Below, one piece after another: positions 1 through 15,507 of a stretch of DNA of 64,000 nt. The DNA is from a bacterium. GTDB lineage: Bacteria > UBA6262 > WVXT01. A model generated the notes under the pieces. It saw only the letters and a list, made by a program, of their open reading frames with translations. It made no database searches and was not told the DNA's origin. The stretch spans positions 4,002 through 68,001 of the forward strand of contig JBHIBS010000001.1 in the NCBI GenBank assembly GCA_046759165.1. Reading direction: 5' to 3'. The position numbers and the translations under genes were made by a program. Numbering within the stretch: the stretch's first letter is position 1; every line of letters starts with the position of its first letter.

Positions 1-204
1 TTAGAATCTTTAGCCAAAAATCTAAGAAAAGATCTCATTACGAAGCAATCTCGAGATTGCCACGCTCCCCTCAGTAGCTCGCAATGTCAGGCGCTATTCG
101 AAGAGCAAAAAATTCTCTGCGAGCGAGCCAAATCCCGAGCATATTTTCCTCAGCGATGAAGACAATATCTTTTAATTCTCATCCCGATCTTTAATGGGGA
201 TGTT

Positions 205-1230
205 TTAAAATAGTTCTTTTTGACCTTTAATAAAATCCTTGGCTAGCTTTAAATGTTGATAGGCTAATTTAGTGGCTACTCTCCCCCGAGGAGTGCGCTC
301 CAGAAACCCAGATTGAATCAGGAAAGGCTCGTAGACATCGCTTACGGTTTCTGTCTCTTCGCCTACAGCCACTGCTACTGTCTCTAAACCCACCGGCCCT
401 CCGGAAAATTTCTCAATGATTGTAGTCAAAATTTTTCGGTCCATATTATCCAATCCCATCCCATCGACCTCGAACATCTCCAGAGCTTTCTTTGCAATCT
501 TCTCTGAGATTCTCCCGTCTGCTTTGACCTGTGAATAGTCACGGACTCTCCTTAGAAGTCGGTTAGCTACCCTGGGTGTAGCACGACTCCTGTGGGCGAT
601 TTCCCTCGCTCCAGCCGTGTCCATGCCAATATTTAAAATTCTTGCTGAACGAAGAACTATCTGTTCTAGTTCGCTATCTGCATAGAAGTTGAGACGGGCT
701 ACAATGCCAAATCTCTCCCTTAGAGGCGATGTCAAGGAGCCTGCTCGGGTAGTTGCGCCGACTAACGTGAAATGAGGAAGTTGAAGTTTAATGTTTCTGG
801 CGCTGGGACCTTGGCCGATTATTATATCCAAATTATATTCTTCCATTGCTGGGTATAACGCTTCTTCAACCACACGGTTAAGTCGATGGATCTCGTCAAT
901 AAAGAAAACATCTCCGTCAGAAAGATCAGTTAGAAGGGCGGCCAAATCGCCCACTCGTTCCAGAATAGGACCGGAAGTTATCTTTATATTGACTTTTAAT
1001 TCATTGGCAATTATGTACGCAAGTGTCGTCTTCCCCAACCCCGGAGGGCTATAGAAAAGGCAATGGTCAAGGGCTTCTCTCCTCTTTTTTGCTGCCTCAA
1101 AAAATATCTTGAGATTTTCCTTCAATTTTGTTTGACCCACGAACTCTTTTAATGTCCTAGGCCTGAGTGTATAGTCGAACTTTCTCTCCTCTTCGTTCTT
1201 TACAGTGGGTGTTGTAATTCTCTCCTCCAT
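205..1230 (-). CDS. ruvB: Holliday junction branch-migration ATPase RuvB
   Basis: AAA+ Walker [12 protein letters not shown]; RuvB-like N-terminus and C-terminal winged helix; sits next to ruvA and ruvC. Confidence 0.95.
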   Translation of the reverse strand: MEERITTPTVKNEEERKFDYTLRPRTLKEFVGQTKLKENLKIFFEAAKKRREALDHCLFYSPPGLGKTTLAYIIANELKVNIKITSGPILERVGDLAALLTDLSDGDVFFIDEIHRLNRVVEEALYPAMEEYNLDIIIGQGPSARNIKLQLPHFTLVGATTRAGSLTSPLRERFGIVARLNFYADSELEQIVLRSARILNIGMDTAGAREIAHRSRATPRVANRLLRRVRDYSQVKADGRISEKIAKKALEMFEVDGMGLDNMDRKILTTIIEKFSGGPVGLETVAVAVGEETETVSDVYEPFLIQSGFLERTPRGRVATKLAYQHLKLAKDFIKGQKELF

Positions 1231-1258
1231 TTCACCCTCTAAGTAGCAGGTAGAAAAT

Positions 1259-1861
1259 TCATAGATATTTTAATGCTTGTTTAATTATTTCTTCCGCCCG
1301 AGCATCTTGGCCCAAGGTTTCACATACAGAATTTACCGCTTCTCTTGCCTGCGAAACTCTGTACCCTAAAGCGACCAACCCACTTATGGCATCAGCAATT
1401 TCCTGTTCGTTCCTGGCAATAAATCTCTCCTTTCCTGCAAACGATAAAATTTCTATCTTGTCTTTTAAACCCATGATCAACCTCTCTGTAGTCTTTTTAG
1501 TCAGGGCAAAAATCCCAGTCAGCACTTGCATATCTCCTGCAATTACAGCTTTTCTGAAATCTGGGAAAGATTTGGAAATCTTGGAGAGAATTTCTAACGC
1601 GCCCTTGGCTCCTATCTTCGAAATTGACCGCAGAATGAGAAACACTTCCCTCTCTTCTGGAGTTAGGAACCCGTAAAGCGCGCTTCCCTTGCCGTACATG
1701 GATGCTGACATCCATGTGTAAATTTTGACTTCTGTTCCTTCGGGAGGTAGTTTTTCATACGTCGAGAGAGGAATTGAAATCTTGTAACCCACCCCTTGAG
1801 CTTCGACAACAATGCGGTCAGTTTCTTTGTCTTCCAATTTTCCTCGTAAAAAGTCAAACAT
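1259..1861 (-). CDS. ruvA: Holliday junction DNA helicase subunit RuvA
   Basis: N-terminus MFDFLRGKL...GVGY typical of RuvA; about 200 aa; lies between ruvC and ruvB. Confidence 0.9.
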   Translation of the reverse strand: MFDFLRGKLEDKETDRIVVEAQGVGYKISIPLSTYEKLPPEGTEVKIYTWMSASMYGKGSALYGFLTPEEREVFLILRSISKIGAKGALEILSKISKSFPDFRKAVIAGDMQVLTGIFALTKKTTERLIMGLKDKIEILSFAGKERFIARNEQEIADAISGLVALGYRVSQAREAVNSVCETLGQDARAEEIIKQALKYL

Positions 1862-1907
1862 CTTTTAGTTCCCGTTGGCCGGCAAATTGAGCGGGGGAGG
1901 GTCGCGC

Positions 1908-2414
1908 CTACCTTCTCTTTCCCACTTTATCCATTCTCTGGGAATTGAGATGGCAAAGAGCTACAGCCAAGGCGTCCGCTGCGTCATCGGGCTTGGGTAT
2001 ATCTTTTAGTCCTAATAAAACCTTGAGCATCTTTTGTATCTGTTTTTTTTCTGCCCGTCCATAGCCAACTAGAGATTGTTTAACTTGGAGGGGAGTATAC
2101 TCAGCTACAGGCAAATTTGCTTCAGCTGCTGCCAGAATAGCAACTCCTCTGGCTTCTCCCACACTTATTGCCGTCTTTACATTTTTAGCAAAAAAAAGCT
2201 GCTCTATGGCAGCAATATCTGGCTGATATTTTTTAATTACTCTACTGAGCTTTTTGTGTATCTCCTCCAACCTCCTTGAGAAGAGATTACTTCTATCAGT
2301 CCGTATACACCCATATGCCCCAACTTTATAAGCTTCCCCTTCTGTCCTCTTTATGATCCCCCAGCCTAAAGTAGCCGTTCCCGGGTCGATTCCCAAAACA
2401 ACCACATTCTTCAC
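1908..2414 (-). CDS. ruvC: Crossover junction endodeoxyribonuclease RuvC
   Basis: LGIDPGTATLGWGII N-terminal RNase H-like motif; about 168 aa; upstream of ruvA. Confidence 0.9.
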   Translation of the reverse strand: MKNVVVLGIDPGTATLGWGIIKRTEGEAYKVGAYGCIRTDRSNLFSRRLEEIHKKLSRVIKKYQPDIAAIEQLFFAKNVKTAISVGEARGVAILAAAEANLPVAEYTPLQVKQSLVGYGRAEKKQIQKMLKVLLGLKDIPKPDDAADALAVALCHLNSQRMDKVGKRR

Positions 2415-2435
2415 CTAAAAGTTAACTTATGATTT

Positions 2436-3185
2436 TCAAGTCACCTTTTCCATTATCTCCTTCGGTATATCGAAGTTGGCATATACATTCTGAACATCAT
2501 CATTATTATCCAACCCATCCATGAGTCTCAGCATCTGCTCGGCCTTGCTTCCCTCAAGTTTAACATAGGTCTGCGGTAGCATAGTTATCTCCGCAGAATT
2601 TATCTCAATATTTTTCTCCTCCAATGAAGTCTTTACCTTTTCAAAATCCTGGGGCTGAGTGATTATCTCGAAAAGGTCCTCGTCATCCGACTTCACATCT
2701 TCCGCGCCAGACTCCAGGGCTATTTCTATCAGTTCTTCTTCTCTTACTTTACTCTTATCTACAGAAATGTATCCCTTCTTGTTAAACATCCAGCTCACAC
2801 ACCCAGCATCTCCCAAGTTCCCCCCATGTCTGGAGAACGCTTTTCTTACCTCTGCAGTTGCACGGTTCTTATTGTCGGTGGTTACTTCTACTAAAACTGC
2901 AACTCCGCCCGGACCATAACCCTCGTAAACCAGTTCTTCATAATTTACGCCTGGCAACTCTCCAGTACCACGCTGAACTGCCTTCTTAATATTGTCCCGG
3001 GGCACATTGACAGCCCTGGCTTTGTCGATGACAACTCTCAAACGGGGATTTCCAGCAGGATCGCCCCCTCCCTGCCTTGCTGCCACAGTGATCTCCCTTA
3101 TAATCTTACTGAAAATCTGGCCTTTTTTGGCGTCTACAATTGCTTTTTTATGCTTTATTCCGGCCCACTTAGAATGTCCGGACAT
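2436..3185 (-). CDS. yebC: YebC/PmpR family DNA-binding transcriptional regulator
   Basis: [15 protein letters not shown]-terminus is diagnostic for YebC; the yebC-ruvCAB arrangement is conserved. Confidence 0.9.
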   Translation of the reverse strand: MSGHSKWAGIKHKKAIVDAKKGQIFSKIIREITVAARQGGGDPAGNPRLRVVIDKARAVNVPRDNIKKAVQRGTGELPGVNYEELVYEGYGPGGVAVLVEVTTDNKNRATAEVRKAFSRHGGNLGDAGCVSWMFNKKGYISVDKSKVREEELIEIALESGAEDVKSDDEDLFEIITQPQDFEKVKTSLEEKNIEINSAEITMLPQTYVKLEGSKAEQMLRLMDGLDNNDDVQNVYANFDIPKEIMEKVT

Positions 3186-3356
3186 TTCTCAAATATCTCC
3201 TTTGGATAATGTGAACGAGTAGGTAAATTGCCTCAGAGTGTATTATTTTTTATTATTTTATCATAAAACCTTAACCTTTGTAAAGAGAAAATCCGTGATA
3301 AACAACTCTTCAGAAGCAGCTAAGGTGCCCTACATGTTACATGTAATAAGCCTTAA

Positions 3357-4310
3357 CTACGCAATGCCTAAATTCTGAAGGTAGCCTCGGGAACTGATGA
3401 CATCTTCTCTCAATGAGATGTCATGAGGTTCCAGTACTTTGATGGTGTGATGGTTCAAATAGGAACTAACGATTTCAAAGTTTATCTCGCCGTTTCCAGG
3501 ACTGTGATGGTCGGAAAAGCCAATTATATCATGGAGATGAATTCCCAGCAATTTGTCAGAATACTCCTTCAAAAAACTTTCATCTGAGTCTACTAAACCC
3601 AGCTTCTGGGCAACCCGAGCGTGGCCGGTATCGTGCCAATAATAAACATTCTTACCTGGAAAATGTTCCAAGATTAATCTTATCTCTTCAAAACTCGGAA
3701 TTTCATGATGGAAAAATCTATTCTCCATGCCGAGTTTTATATTGAATCTCTCTGAATAATTACTAATTTCCTCTAAGCTCTTTAGTGTATTTGAAAAGTA
3801 CACAGCCTTTTCCTTCTCCCGTCGATTGAGTACCTCCGATATCAATTTTTTACACAGACCTCTCTTTCCCTGAGCACAATAGTTAAAAATCTCTTTTGCT
3901 CGGCTTTCTATTGCTACCTCTCCTGCATGAATAACCACTGCCTCTGCATTCAAAAGATGAGCGAAATCAATGGTTCTCTTGGTAAGCTCAACTGCCTTCT
4001 TCCTCTCTTCACCATCACACGAAGAGAGGAGATAAGCACCCATAAGGGACCGACCTGATGGGACTTTAGTGAGTTTGGGGCAAAAATTATGTAAGGACAC
4101 AATTTTAATTTTTCCTTTTTTGTAAAGAACTAATATTTCATCGAGCATTTGTTCAGTCACCTCGACATTCAATTCTATTGCCGAAAATCCCATGTCTATA
4201 ATTTCTTCAACTAAGCTTTTCCCGTTCTGATATCTTTTTACATTCCAGGCAGTAGATAGAGCCAACAATGTTCTTCCCTCCAAATAATTCAGACAAAAGA
4301 CTTTAGACAC
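3357..4310 (-). CDS. Sugar phosphate isomerase/epimerase (xylose isomerase-like TIM barrel) family protein
   Basis: About 317 aa with HD/HxH metal-ligand-like motifs (WHDTGHA, HLHD); family assignment by recognition only. Confidence 0.5.
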   Translation of the reverse strand: MSKVFCLNYLEGRTLLALSTAWNVKRYQNGKSLVEEIIDMGFSAIELNVEVTEQMLDEILVLYKKGKIKIVSLHNFCPKLTKVPSGRSLMGAYLLSSCDGEERKKAVELTKRTIDFAHLLNAEAVVIHAGEVAIESRAKEIFNYCAQGKRGLCKKLISEVLNRREKEKAVYFSNTLKSLEEISNYSERFNIKLGMENRFFHHEIPSFEEIRLILEHFPGKNVYYWHDTGHARVAQKLGLVDSDESFLKEYSDKLLGIHLHDIIGFSDHHSPGNGEINFEIVSSYLNHHTIKVLEPHDISLREDVISSRGYLQNLGIA

Positions 4311-4364
4311 GTCGCAAGATTCAGACTGATCTTTCGAACTAAAGAACTAAGCGGCCCATGTAGG

Positions 4365-6398
4365 TCATCTTCCTTCCTCCTTTGCCCTTTGGTAAGCTTC
4401 AATCAGAGGCTGACTAACATTTGCTGGTGCTTCTTCATAATTGGAAAATTTCATTTTATGTTCTCCACTTCCCTTGGTCAATGAGCGGAGGTCTGTAGCA
4501 TAATTGAAAAGTTCTCCCTGCGGAACCAATGCTTTTATCACCTGTTTCTTGCCCTCACGGTTCATGCCCAAAACTCTCCCCCGTCGGGTATTTAGATCTC
4601 CCATTACACTGCCCATGAACTGCTCAGGAACAATCGCTTCCACTTCCATAATCGGCTCTAAAATAAAAGGCTGTGCCTGCTCCACCCCTCTGCGCAGTGC
4701 CATGCTACCAGCGATCTCGAAGGCTAAATTAGAAGAGTCGACTTCGTGGAAACTACCATCGTAAAGAGTCACTTTGATATCCACTACAGGATAGCCAGCA
4801 ATTACTCCCCTTTCCATGGATTGTTTAATTCCCTTCTCCACAGCGGGAATATATTGACTGGGAATTGCACCGCCAAAAATCTTATTAACAAATTCAAATC
4901 CTCTACCTTTTTCCAAAGGTTCGGTTTTAATCCAGCAATCGCCATACTGACCACGGCCTCCGGACTGTCTCTTATATTTTCCCTGAACCTTAGCAGCACC
5001 GCGAATGGTCTCCTTATAGGCAATCTTAGGTCTTCTCAATTCTACCTCCGCGCCATATCTCGTCTTGACTCTTCTCGACATAATTTCTAACTGGAGACTG
5101 CCCATTCCAGATAAAATCATTTCTTTCGTTTCTTTATTTATCTCATACTTAAGAGTAGGATCTTCACGGATGGCTGTAGATAAGGCATTGGCTATCTTCT
5201 CTTCTTCACCTTTCGATTTGGGATAGATAGCCATGTTTACGACTGGTTCCGGAAAGCTTATCTCGGGGATGGAGATCCTATTTTTTGGGTCACAGAGCAC
5301 ATCGTTCGTCCTGGTCTCCTTCAGCTTAACAACCGCGATGATCTCCCCTACCTCTCCTTCCTTCGTGTCAATACGCGTTTTTCCGCGCACAAAGGCAATT
5401 TGACCCAATCTTTCAGAGGAACCTTTGGTGTTATTAAAGACGTCCAACCCAGATGATATTTTACCTGAATATATCTTTAAGTAGTTTATTATCCCCAGAT
5501 GAGGCTCAGAAAAAGTCTTAAACACCAATGCTGAAAACGGCCCATTTGGATCAATCCTAACCTTTCTCTCTATTTCAATAGGCGAAGGTGCATACTCTAC
5601 CAGAAAGTCTAAAAGTTGACCGATGCCAATATTTCGCAACCCGGAACCACAAAGAACAGGCACGATTTTGTGCTCAATAATTCCTTTCTTGAGAGCTTCC
5701 CTCGTCTCTTCAGCGCTCAATTCTTGACCTTCCAGATACTTCTCAATCAGCGTGTCTTCTGAAGAAGCGATTACCTCGACCAATTTTTCTCTATATTCTT
5801 TAGCTTTTGCTGCCATTTCTTCGGGTATTTCCACCTCTTTTCCTTCAACTATGGCCTTGTTAATAATCAGATTAATTACTCCGGAAAACTCGTTACCGGA
5901 ACCGATCGGAATAGAGATCGGCGCAATATTGGGAGTTAATTTCTCTTTCAAACTTTCCATTACTCTATCGAAATTGACATTCTCCTTATCCATGCGGTTA
6001 ATGAAGATTATAGGTGGTTTTTTACTTTTCTGAACATATTCCCAGCTCTTTTCAGTCCCCATCTCTACACCATTAGCAGCACAAATGTTAACAATGGAAG
6101 TTTCCACAACGTAAAGAGCTCCCATCACTTCACCAACAAAATCGGCATACCCGGGAGTATCGATGATGTTAATTTTTTTATCTTTCCATTCGCAGAAGGC
6201 GATCGACGAATTGATGGAAATCTTCCTCTCAATCTCATCCGGGTTGTAATCGCAGACGGTATTGCCAGACTCTACTTTCCCTAACCTATCTATAGCCTTC
6301 GCTGAAAATAAAATTGCCTCGGCCAATTGGGTTTTTCCTGTTGACCCACTACCCACTATAGAGATATTTCTTAGATCTTCCACTTTATACTTCTTCAT
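4365..6398 (-). CDS. Elongation factor G paralog (EF-G-like translational GTPase, degenerate G motifs)
   Basis: 677 aa with EF-G domain order. P-loop GSGSTGKT is intact, but G3 reads DTPGYADF (catalytic His replaced by Tyr) and G4 reads NRMD. Not in an str-operon context. Confidence 0.8.
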   Translation of the reverse strand: MKKYKVEDLRNISIVGSGSTGKTQLAEAILFSAKAIDRLGKVESGNTVCDYNPDEIERKISINSSIAFCEWKDKKINIIDTPGYADFVGEVMGALYVVETSIVNICAANGVEMGTEKSWEYVQKSKKPPIIFINRMDKENVNFDRVMESLKEKLTPNIAPISIPIGSGNEFSGVINLIINKAIVEGKEVEIPEEMAAKAKEYREKLVEVIASSEDTLIEKYLEGQELSAEETREALKKGIIEHKIVPVLCGSGLRNIGIGQLLDFLVEYAPSPIEIERKVRIDPNGPFSALVFKTFSEPHLGIINYLKIYSGKISSGLDVFNNTKGSSERLGQIAFVRGKTRIDTKEGEVGEIIAVVKLKETRTNDVLCDPKNRISIPEISFPEPVVNMAIYPKSKGEEEKIANALSTAIREDPTLKYEINKETKEMILSGMGSLQLEIMSRRVKTRYGAEVELRRPKIAYKETIRGAAKVQGKYKRQSGGRGQYGDCWIKTEPLEKGRGFEFVNKIFGGAIPSQYIPAVEKGIKQSMERGVIAGYPVVDIKVTLYDGSFHEVDSSNLAFEIAGSMALRRGVEQAQPFILEPIMEVEAIVPEQFMGSVMGDLNTRRGRVLGMNREGKKQVIKALVPQGELFNYATDLRSLTKGSGEHKMKFSNYEEAPANVSQPLIEAYQRAKEEGR

Positions 6399-6500
6399 AG
6401 GATCTCCCTCATGTAAATTTAATCACATTGAATTTTATTTTATGACAAATTAATTTAGGTGTCAAGTTAAAAATCCATGAGTATCGCTACCGTCGTAAGA

Positions 6501-6541
6501 AAGAAAATAAAAAAGGAACCCAGCTAAAAATCGGATTCCTT
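6501..6541 (-). terminator. Rho-independent terminator downstream of the OMP gene
   Basis: On the minus-sense strand, hairpin AAGGAATCC...GGGTTCCTT (9 bp, one mismatch) followed by TTTTTTATTTTC. Confidence 0.55.
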
Positions 6542-6571
6542 AATAGAGCTTGTCCAATCTGATTTCTACTC

Positions 6572-7291
6572 TTAGATCCCCAAGCTCAGGTTTACGCCGC
6601 CGGCGTAAGTAAGTTCATCTGCAAAACCAATCTCGCCCTTTATTGAAAGAAAAGGATAGAAGGATATTTTCCCACCTAAAAAGGGGCTAATGTCGCCACT
6701 GCTTCCCTTTCCCTTATCACCTTCCTCGTCCTTCCATCTTACCCAATTGTGAAAGAATTTCACTCCACCATAAGGTGTTACCATTCCTATTTTCTTGCTT
6801 GCCATCACGCTTCCTTGCAACTCTGTAGTATCCAATTTAAAATCATTTTCGGTGCCATTTTCTTTCGTTAGGTAAGAAGAGGAATGAGTAAGCCCCAAAG
6901 CAAAAGATACGGCTGGTAGAATAACGATGTCTCCCAACATGACATACCTTATCCCACCCCCATACAATGCGTCATCGATTTTCCCCTCATAAGAGGTACT
7001 CCCATTTTTCAATTCAGAACCTATGATTCCTGCCAAACCATAAACTTCCAGCCCCAAGGATGGTCGAATAGTAAATTTTATGTTGACTTTCTGAGAAATA
7101 TAGTCAAAAGGTGTTTCGTGGCCGGTGATAACCAGTTTAAGCTTTTGTGTTGAATGGGCATAGTAAACTTCTGTATTAAATCCTCCAATACTGGTAGGTG
7201 TCACCCAAGGCATCACTTCTGTTGCCAGCCCAAAGGAACAAATACCATAAATTAATCCAAAGCTCAAAATAAAAATTTGAGCTATTCTCAT
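6572..7291 (-). CDS. Outer-membrane beta-barrel protein (signal peptide, OmpW/OmpA-like barrel)
   Basis: N-terminal signal peptide MRIAQIFILSFGLIYGICSFGLA; alternating amphipathic beta-strand pattern with Gly/Tyr-rich segments. Confidence 0.55.
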   Translation of the reverse strand: MRIAQIFILSFGLIYGICSFGLATEVMPWVTPTSIGGFNTEVYYAHSTQKLKLVITGHETPFDYISQKVNIKFTIRPSLGLEVYGLAGIIGSELKNGSTSYEGKIDDALYGGGIRYVMLGDIVILPAVSFALGLTHSSSYLTKENGTENDFKLDTTELQGSVMASKKIGMVTPYGGVKFFHNWVRWKDEEGDKGKGSSGDISPFLGGKISFYPFLSIKGEIGFADELTYAGGVNLSLGI

Positions 7292-7333
7292 ATCTTCTCC
7301 TCATGCCAAAAATAACTTCTATATAACAAAAAA

Positions 7334-7452
7334 CCCTGGCGATGTCCTACTCTTCCATACCGTTACCAGTACAGTACCATCAGCGCTGGAGGCCTTAACT
7401 TCTGTGTTCGGGATGGGAACAGGTGTTTCACCTCCGCCATAATCGCCAGGGG
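7334..7452 (-). rRNA. rrf: 5S ribosomal RNA
   Basis: Reverse complement reads CCCTGGCGATTATGGCGGAGGTGAAACACCTGTTCCCATCCCGAACACAGAAG...GGAAGAGTAGGACATCGCCAGGG, a canonical 5S. Confidence 0.9.
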
Positions 7453-7479
7453 AAAACGTTTAATAAAATCAAATAGTAT

Positions 7480-10565
<3,086 letters not shown>

Positions 10566-10719
10566 TACTACTTAATTTTACTCGACGATATATTGAATCC
10601 ACCTGCATAATAGCAGGGTACCCTTTATTTGTCAAAGAGCAAATAAATATAAGAAACAAAATGTAAGTGAAAAATTCTCCCCACTTACACCCTATATCTT
10701 TCTACTTGTCTTTTTTATC

Positions 10720-10795
10720 TGGTGGAGAATACCGGACTTGAACCGGTGACCTCCTCGGTGCAAGCGAGGCGCTCTCCCAACTGAGCTAATTCCCC
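10720..10795 (-). tRNA. tRNA-Ala (anticodon UGC), CCA encoded
   Basis: Reverse complement GGGGAATTAGCTCAGTTGGGAGAGCGCCTCGCTTGCACCGAGGAGGTCACCGGTTCAAGTCCGGTATTCTCCACCA. Confidence 0.93.
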
Positions 10796-10891
10796 ATGTA
10801 GATGCGCAGAATATTTCTTAACTTATAAACTGGGCCAGACCCACAAAAAAGGCAGATGAAGGAAACGAGTTCTCACTTACCCCTGCCTCTT

Positions 10892-10968
10892 TGGTGGGCC
10901 TTTCTGGGTTCGAACCAGAGACCTCTACCTTATCAGGATAGCGCTCTAACCAACTGAGCTAAAGGCCC
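10892..10968 (-). tRNA. tRNA-Ile (anticodon GAU), CCA encoded
   Basis: Reverse complement GGGCCTTTAGCTCAGTTGGTTAGAGCGCTATCCTGATAAGGTAGAGGTCTCTGGTTCGAACCCAGAAAGGCCCACCA. Confidence 0.93.
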
Positions 10969-11090
10969 TTTCTGAATTGACCTAAGATTTATATAGTTAA
11001 TATAAACTTTTTCTTATATAACTGAGCCTTTTAGCCTCCTATTAACATTTATTAAAATTAAATAGGAGCTGAAGCCAAAAACCCTGAAAT

Positions 11091-12691
<1,601 letters not shown>

Positions 12692-12768
12692 GGAAATTTA
12701 CTCAACACCTTGAATTGACCAGGGTTATCTGGCTCCAATGCTCCTATTTTGATTTCAAAGAACTAACC

Positions 12769-12798
12769 ATCCATTTTAATGATACCATATGATTACTA
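12769..12798 (-). promoter_or_regulatory. Candidate rRNA promoter P2 (TTGACA-18-TATCAT)
   Basis: On the minus-sense strand, TTGACA (coords 12793-12798) and TATCAT (12769-12774), about 80 nt upstream of the 16S 5' end. Confidence 0.45.
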
Positions 12799-13010
12799 CT
12801 CTGTCAAGACCCCTTTTATTCATTCACAAAAACCGAACAAAAATAGGAAAGAATACATCCTTGTGTTATATTCCTGTAACTAAAATTTATGATTGGGAAA
12901 TAGATGTTGGCTTTTAAAGAAAAGAGCGCGAAGGTAACCTTGGCGGGATCTAAATTCTTTCGGAGAGCAAAGTTGTTTTCTCCGACGCATCCCTCCCTTC
13001 TTTCAATGAA

Positions 13011-13039
13011 ATAATAACAAAGTTTTTCTTACTTGTCAA
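13011..13039 (-). promoter_or_regulatory. Candidate rRNA promoter P1 (TTGACA-17-TATTAT)
   Basis: On the minus-sense strand, TTGACA (13034-13039), a 17-nt spacer, then TATTAT (13011-13016). It lies immediately after the rho stop codon. Confidence 0.5.
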
Positions 13040-13053
13040 GTGGTTTTTTAAAT

Positions 13054-14343
13054 TTATTTCACAAAACCCTGCTCGCGGTTATCAATTTCCAGTAATTTCA
13101 AAAATTCTTTATTTGACTTGGTTGTCTGCAGTTTCTCCAGCAAAAACTCCATCGATTCAACCACGTTCAATGAGCCCAAAGCCTTTCGCAGAAGCCACAC
13201 TTTGTTCAATTCATCTTCAGAAAGAAGGAGCTCCTCCTTTCTCGTCCCAGAACGGTGAATATCAATTGTAGGAAATATTCTTTTGTCAACTAATCTACGA
13301 TCAAGATTGGCTTCCATATTACCTGTCCCTTTAAATTCTTCAAATATGACATCGTCCATCCGGCTTCCTGTATCAACCAGTGCCGTGGCAATGATCGTCA
13401 GGCTGCCCCCTTCTTCAATATTGCGGGCAGCACCAAAAAAACGCTTGGGCTTCTGGAGAGCGTTAGAATCTAAGCCGCCCGACAACACCCTACCAGAGGA
13501 TGGAGTTACGGTATTGTAAGCCCTAGCTAAACGGGTTATGCTATCCAGCAAGATGACCACATCTCTTTTATGTTCAACCAGCCTCTTTGCTTTTTCCATA
13601 ACCATTTCTGCTACTTGAATGTGGCGATCCGCCGGCTCATCAAAGGTTGAAGAAATCACTTCTGCTTTTACCGACCTTTGCATATCAGTAACTTCTTCAG
13701 GTCTTTCATCTATGAGCAATACTATTAGAGCGATCTCTGGATGGTTGCTCGTAATACTATTTGCAATTTGCTGCAATAGAATAGTTTTCCCAGTTCGCGG
13801 TGCAGCAACAATCAACCCTCTCTGTCCCTTTCCAATGGGAGTCAAAATGTCCATTACTCGCATGGATACTTCCGTAGGTTTAGTTTCTAATCTAATTCGT
13901 TCATTTGGATAAAGGGGAGTCAGATTATCGAATAGTAAGCGCTCACGAATATTCTCCGGATTTTCGCTATTGACCGCTTCTACTCGTAAGAGGGCAAAGA
14001 AACGTTCACCCTCTTTTGGCGGACGTACCTGGCCAGAGACAGTGTCGCCCTTATTTAGACCGAAACGCTTAATTTGTGAAGGAGAAATATAGATGTCATC
14101 CGGGCCTGGCAAGTAATTGTTGTTCGGAGACCTCAAGAAACCGAAACCATCGGGCAAAATTTCAAGCACCCCTTCATCGAATAGTAGCCCGTTAGATTCA
14201 GCTTGGCCATGCAAAATTTTGAAAATTAAATCCTGCTTTCGAAGGCCAGATATCCCTTCTACCTTCAACTCTTTTGCTTTCTTTGTTAAATCTGCTATGG
14301 TCATCTTGGACAGCGCACTTATATCTAATGGGGTTTTCTCCAT
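13054..14343 (-). CDS. rho: Transcription termination factor Rho
   Basis: N-terminal Rho_N and cold-shock domain; RecA-type ATPase with [12 protein letters not shown] Walker A; 429 aa. Confidence 0.95.
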   Translation of the reverse strand: MEKTPLDISALSKMTIADLTKKAKELKVEGISGLRKQDLIFKILHGQAESNGLLFDEGVLEILPDGFGFLRSPNNNYLPGPDDIYISPSQIKRFGLNKGDTVSGQVRPPKEGERFFALLRVEAVNSENPENIRERLLFDNLTPLYPNERIRLETKPTEVSMRVMDILTPIGKGQRGLIVAAPRTGKTILLQQIANSITSNHPEIALIVLLIDERPEEVTDMQRSVKAEVISSTFDEPADRHIQVAEMVMEKAKRLVEHKRDVVILLDSITRLARAYNTVTPSSGRVLSGGLDSNALQKPKRFFGAARNIEEGGSLTIIATALVDTGSRMDDVIFEEFKGTGNMEANLDRRLVDKRIFPTIDIHRSGTRKEELLLSEDELNKVWLLRKALGSLNVVESMEFLLEKLQTTKSNKEFLKLLEIDNREQGFVK

Positions 14344-14630
14344 TATCCATTCCTCCTTATTTTATATAATAAAATTTTCTGGAAAGCGTTAAAGCAAAGG
14401 GAAAATGTCTAGGATTTGATAAATAGGATTACGTTGAGGAATGCTTACGTCGGTTTGCTATTATTATATTACAACACTTTACAGATTTTGTCAATAATTA
14501 TTTTTAAGAGGTCATCTCAAAGCCAAAATACAGCATAATATGAGAAAACTAATTCCTAGGTCCAGGACGCAGCAAAGTCGATAATCTCTTTAAATATGGA
14601 TTACAAGTAGCTAACTATTATGCCTGAAAC

Positions 14631-15152
14631 CTAATGCGCTCGATCGGGAAAGTCGAAGGGAGTAATAGGCTCCACCTTCTCGCTTTTCCTTTCTTTACTT
14701 TTCCCTTTCCTTTTAAAATACCCTACAGGCAGACCACTGTCTCCGTGAGTGTCAACACCAATAAGCTCCCAGTCGTCCTTTCCAAGATTATTAAGAAATT
14801 CTTCCTGCTCAGCAAAAGTAGGCATTCCTTTCTTCTTTATCCTCTCTAGTTCAAACTCCTTAAATGATTTTAAAGCTTCTAGTTCGCTCCCAGGACTCAG
14901 TCCCTGGGGATAGAATCTCTCACAGAAGTCCCTAAATTCTTCACTTTCTACTCCCAGCTCTTCCCAATCCCGAAGAGCCGTAGTATAAAATCTTGCTCTT
15001 TCCTCTGGCATAAGGAACATTACCTTGTATTCCCATTTAGTTTTCCCTCCTAATACAAAGCCAGTGAACAGAAAGATTCCCAGAACCAAAATTATCCCCG
15101 TCGACACTTTCTTCATCTTCGGCCTCCTTCGCATTTTCTCTGCAATAAACAA
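14631..15152 (-). CDS. Hypothetical membrane-anchored protein (single N-terminal TM, acidic soluble domain)
   Basis: Hydrophobic stretch VSTGIILVLGIFLFTGFVLG followed by a charged domain; no family recognised. The true start may be the MKKVSTG Met. Confidence 0.4.
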   Translation of the reverse strand: MFIAEKMRRRPKMKKVSTGIILVLGIFLFTGFVLGGKTKWEYKVMFLMPEERARFYTTALRDWEELGVESEEFRDFCERFYPQGLSPGSELEALKSFKEFELERIKKKGMPTFAEQEEFLNNLGKDDWELIGVDTHGDSGLPVGYFKRKGKSKERKSEKVEPITPFDFPDRAH

Positions 15153-15203
15153 AAATTTGTCCCCAAATAATTTCCCTCTTTCTCCATTCGAACGAAATTG
15201 GTT

Positions 15204-15377
15204 CTACTCGACATTCTCCTTCATTACTTTCGCTATCTCGAACGCAACAAAGTCTAATCTGTCCTCAGCTTCATCGAGAATCTCCACGCTCCACTTGCCT
15301 CCCCATTCAGGTAGAAATGTTTTGTAGTTCCAGGTGCGGTGTCTTGGATATTTAATAGGAAGTACCACTTCTACCAT
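15204..15377 (-). CDS. Small hypothetical protein (57 aa), absent from the ORF track because it is under 60 aa
   Basis: Hand translation gives ATG...TAG MVEVVLPIKYPRHRTWNYKTFLPEWGGKWSVEILDEAEDRLDFVAFEIAKVMKENVE. There is an in-frame upstream stop; the RBS is weak. Confidence 0.3.
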   Translation of the reverse strand: MVEVVLPIKYPRHRTWNYKTFLPEWGGKWSVEILDEAEDRLDFVAFEIAKVMKENVE

Positions 15378-15507
15378 CCTTTCTTCAACATATTACCAGC
15401 CGTGAATAACCCCCGTTGGCTCATCCGCTCTTCTGACGCAAGTACAATAGTCAATTTTGAGATTGGAATATTATGTAAAAGTCCAGGTGAACGGTCATAA
15501 GAACAAT

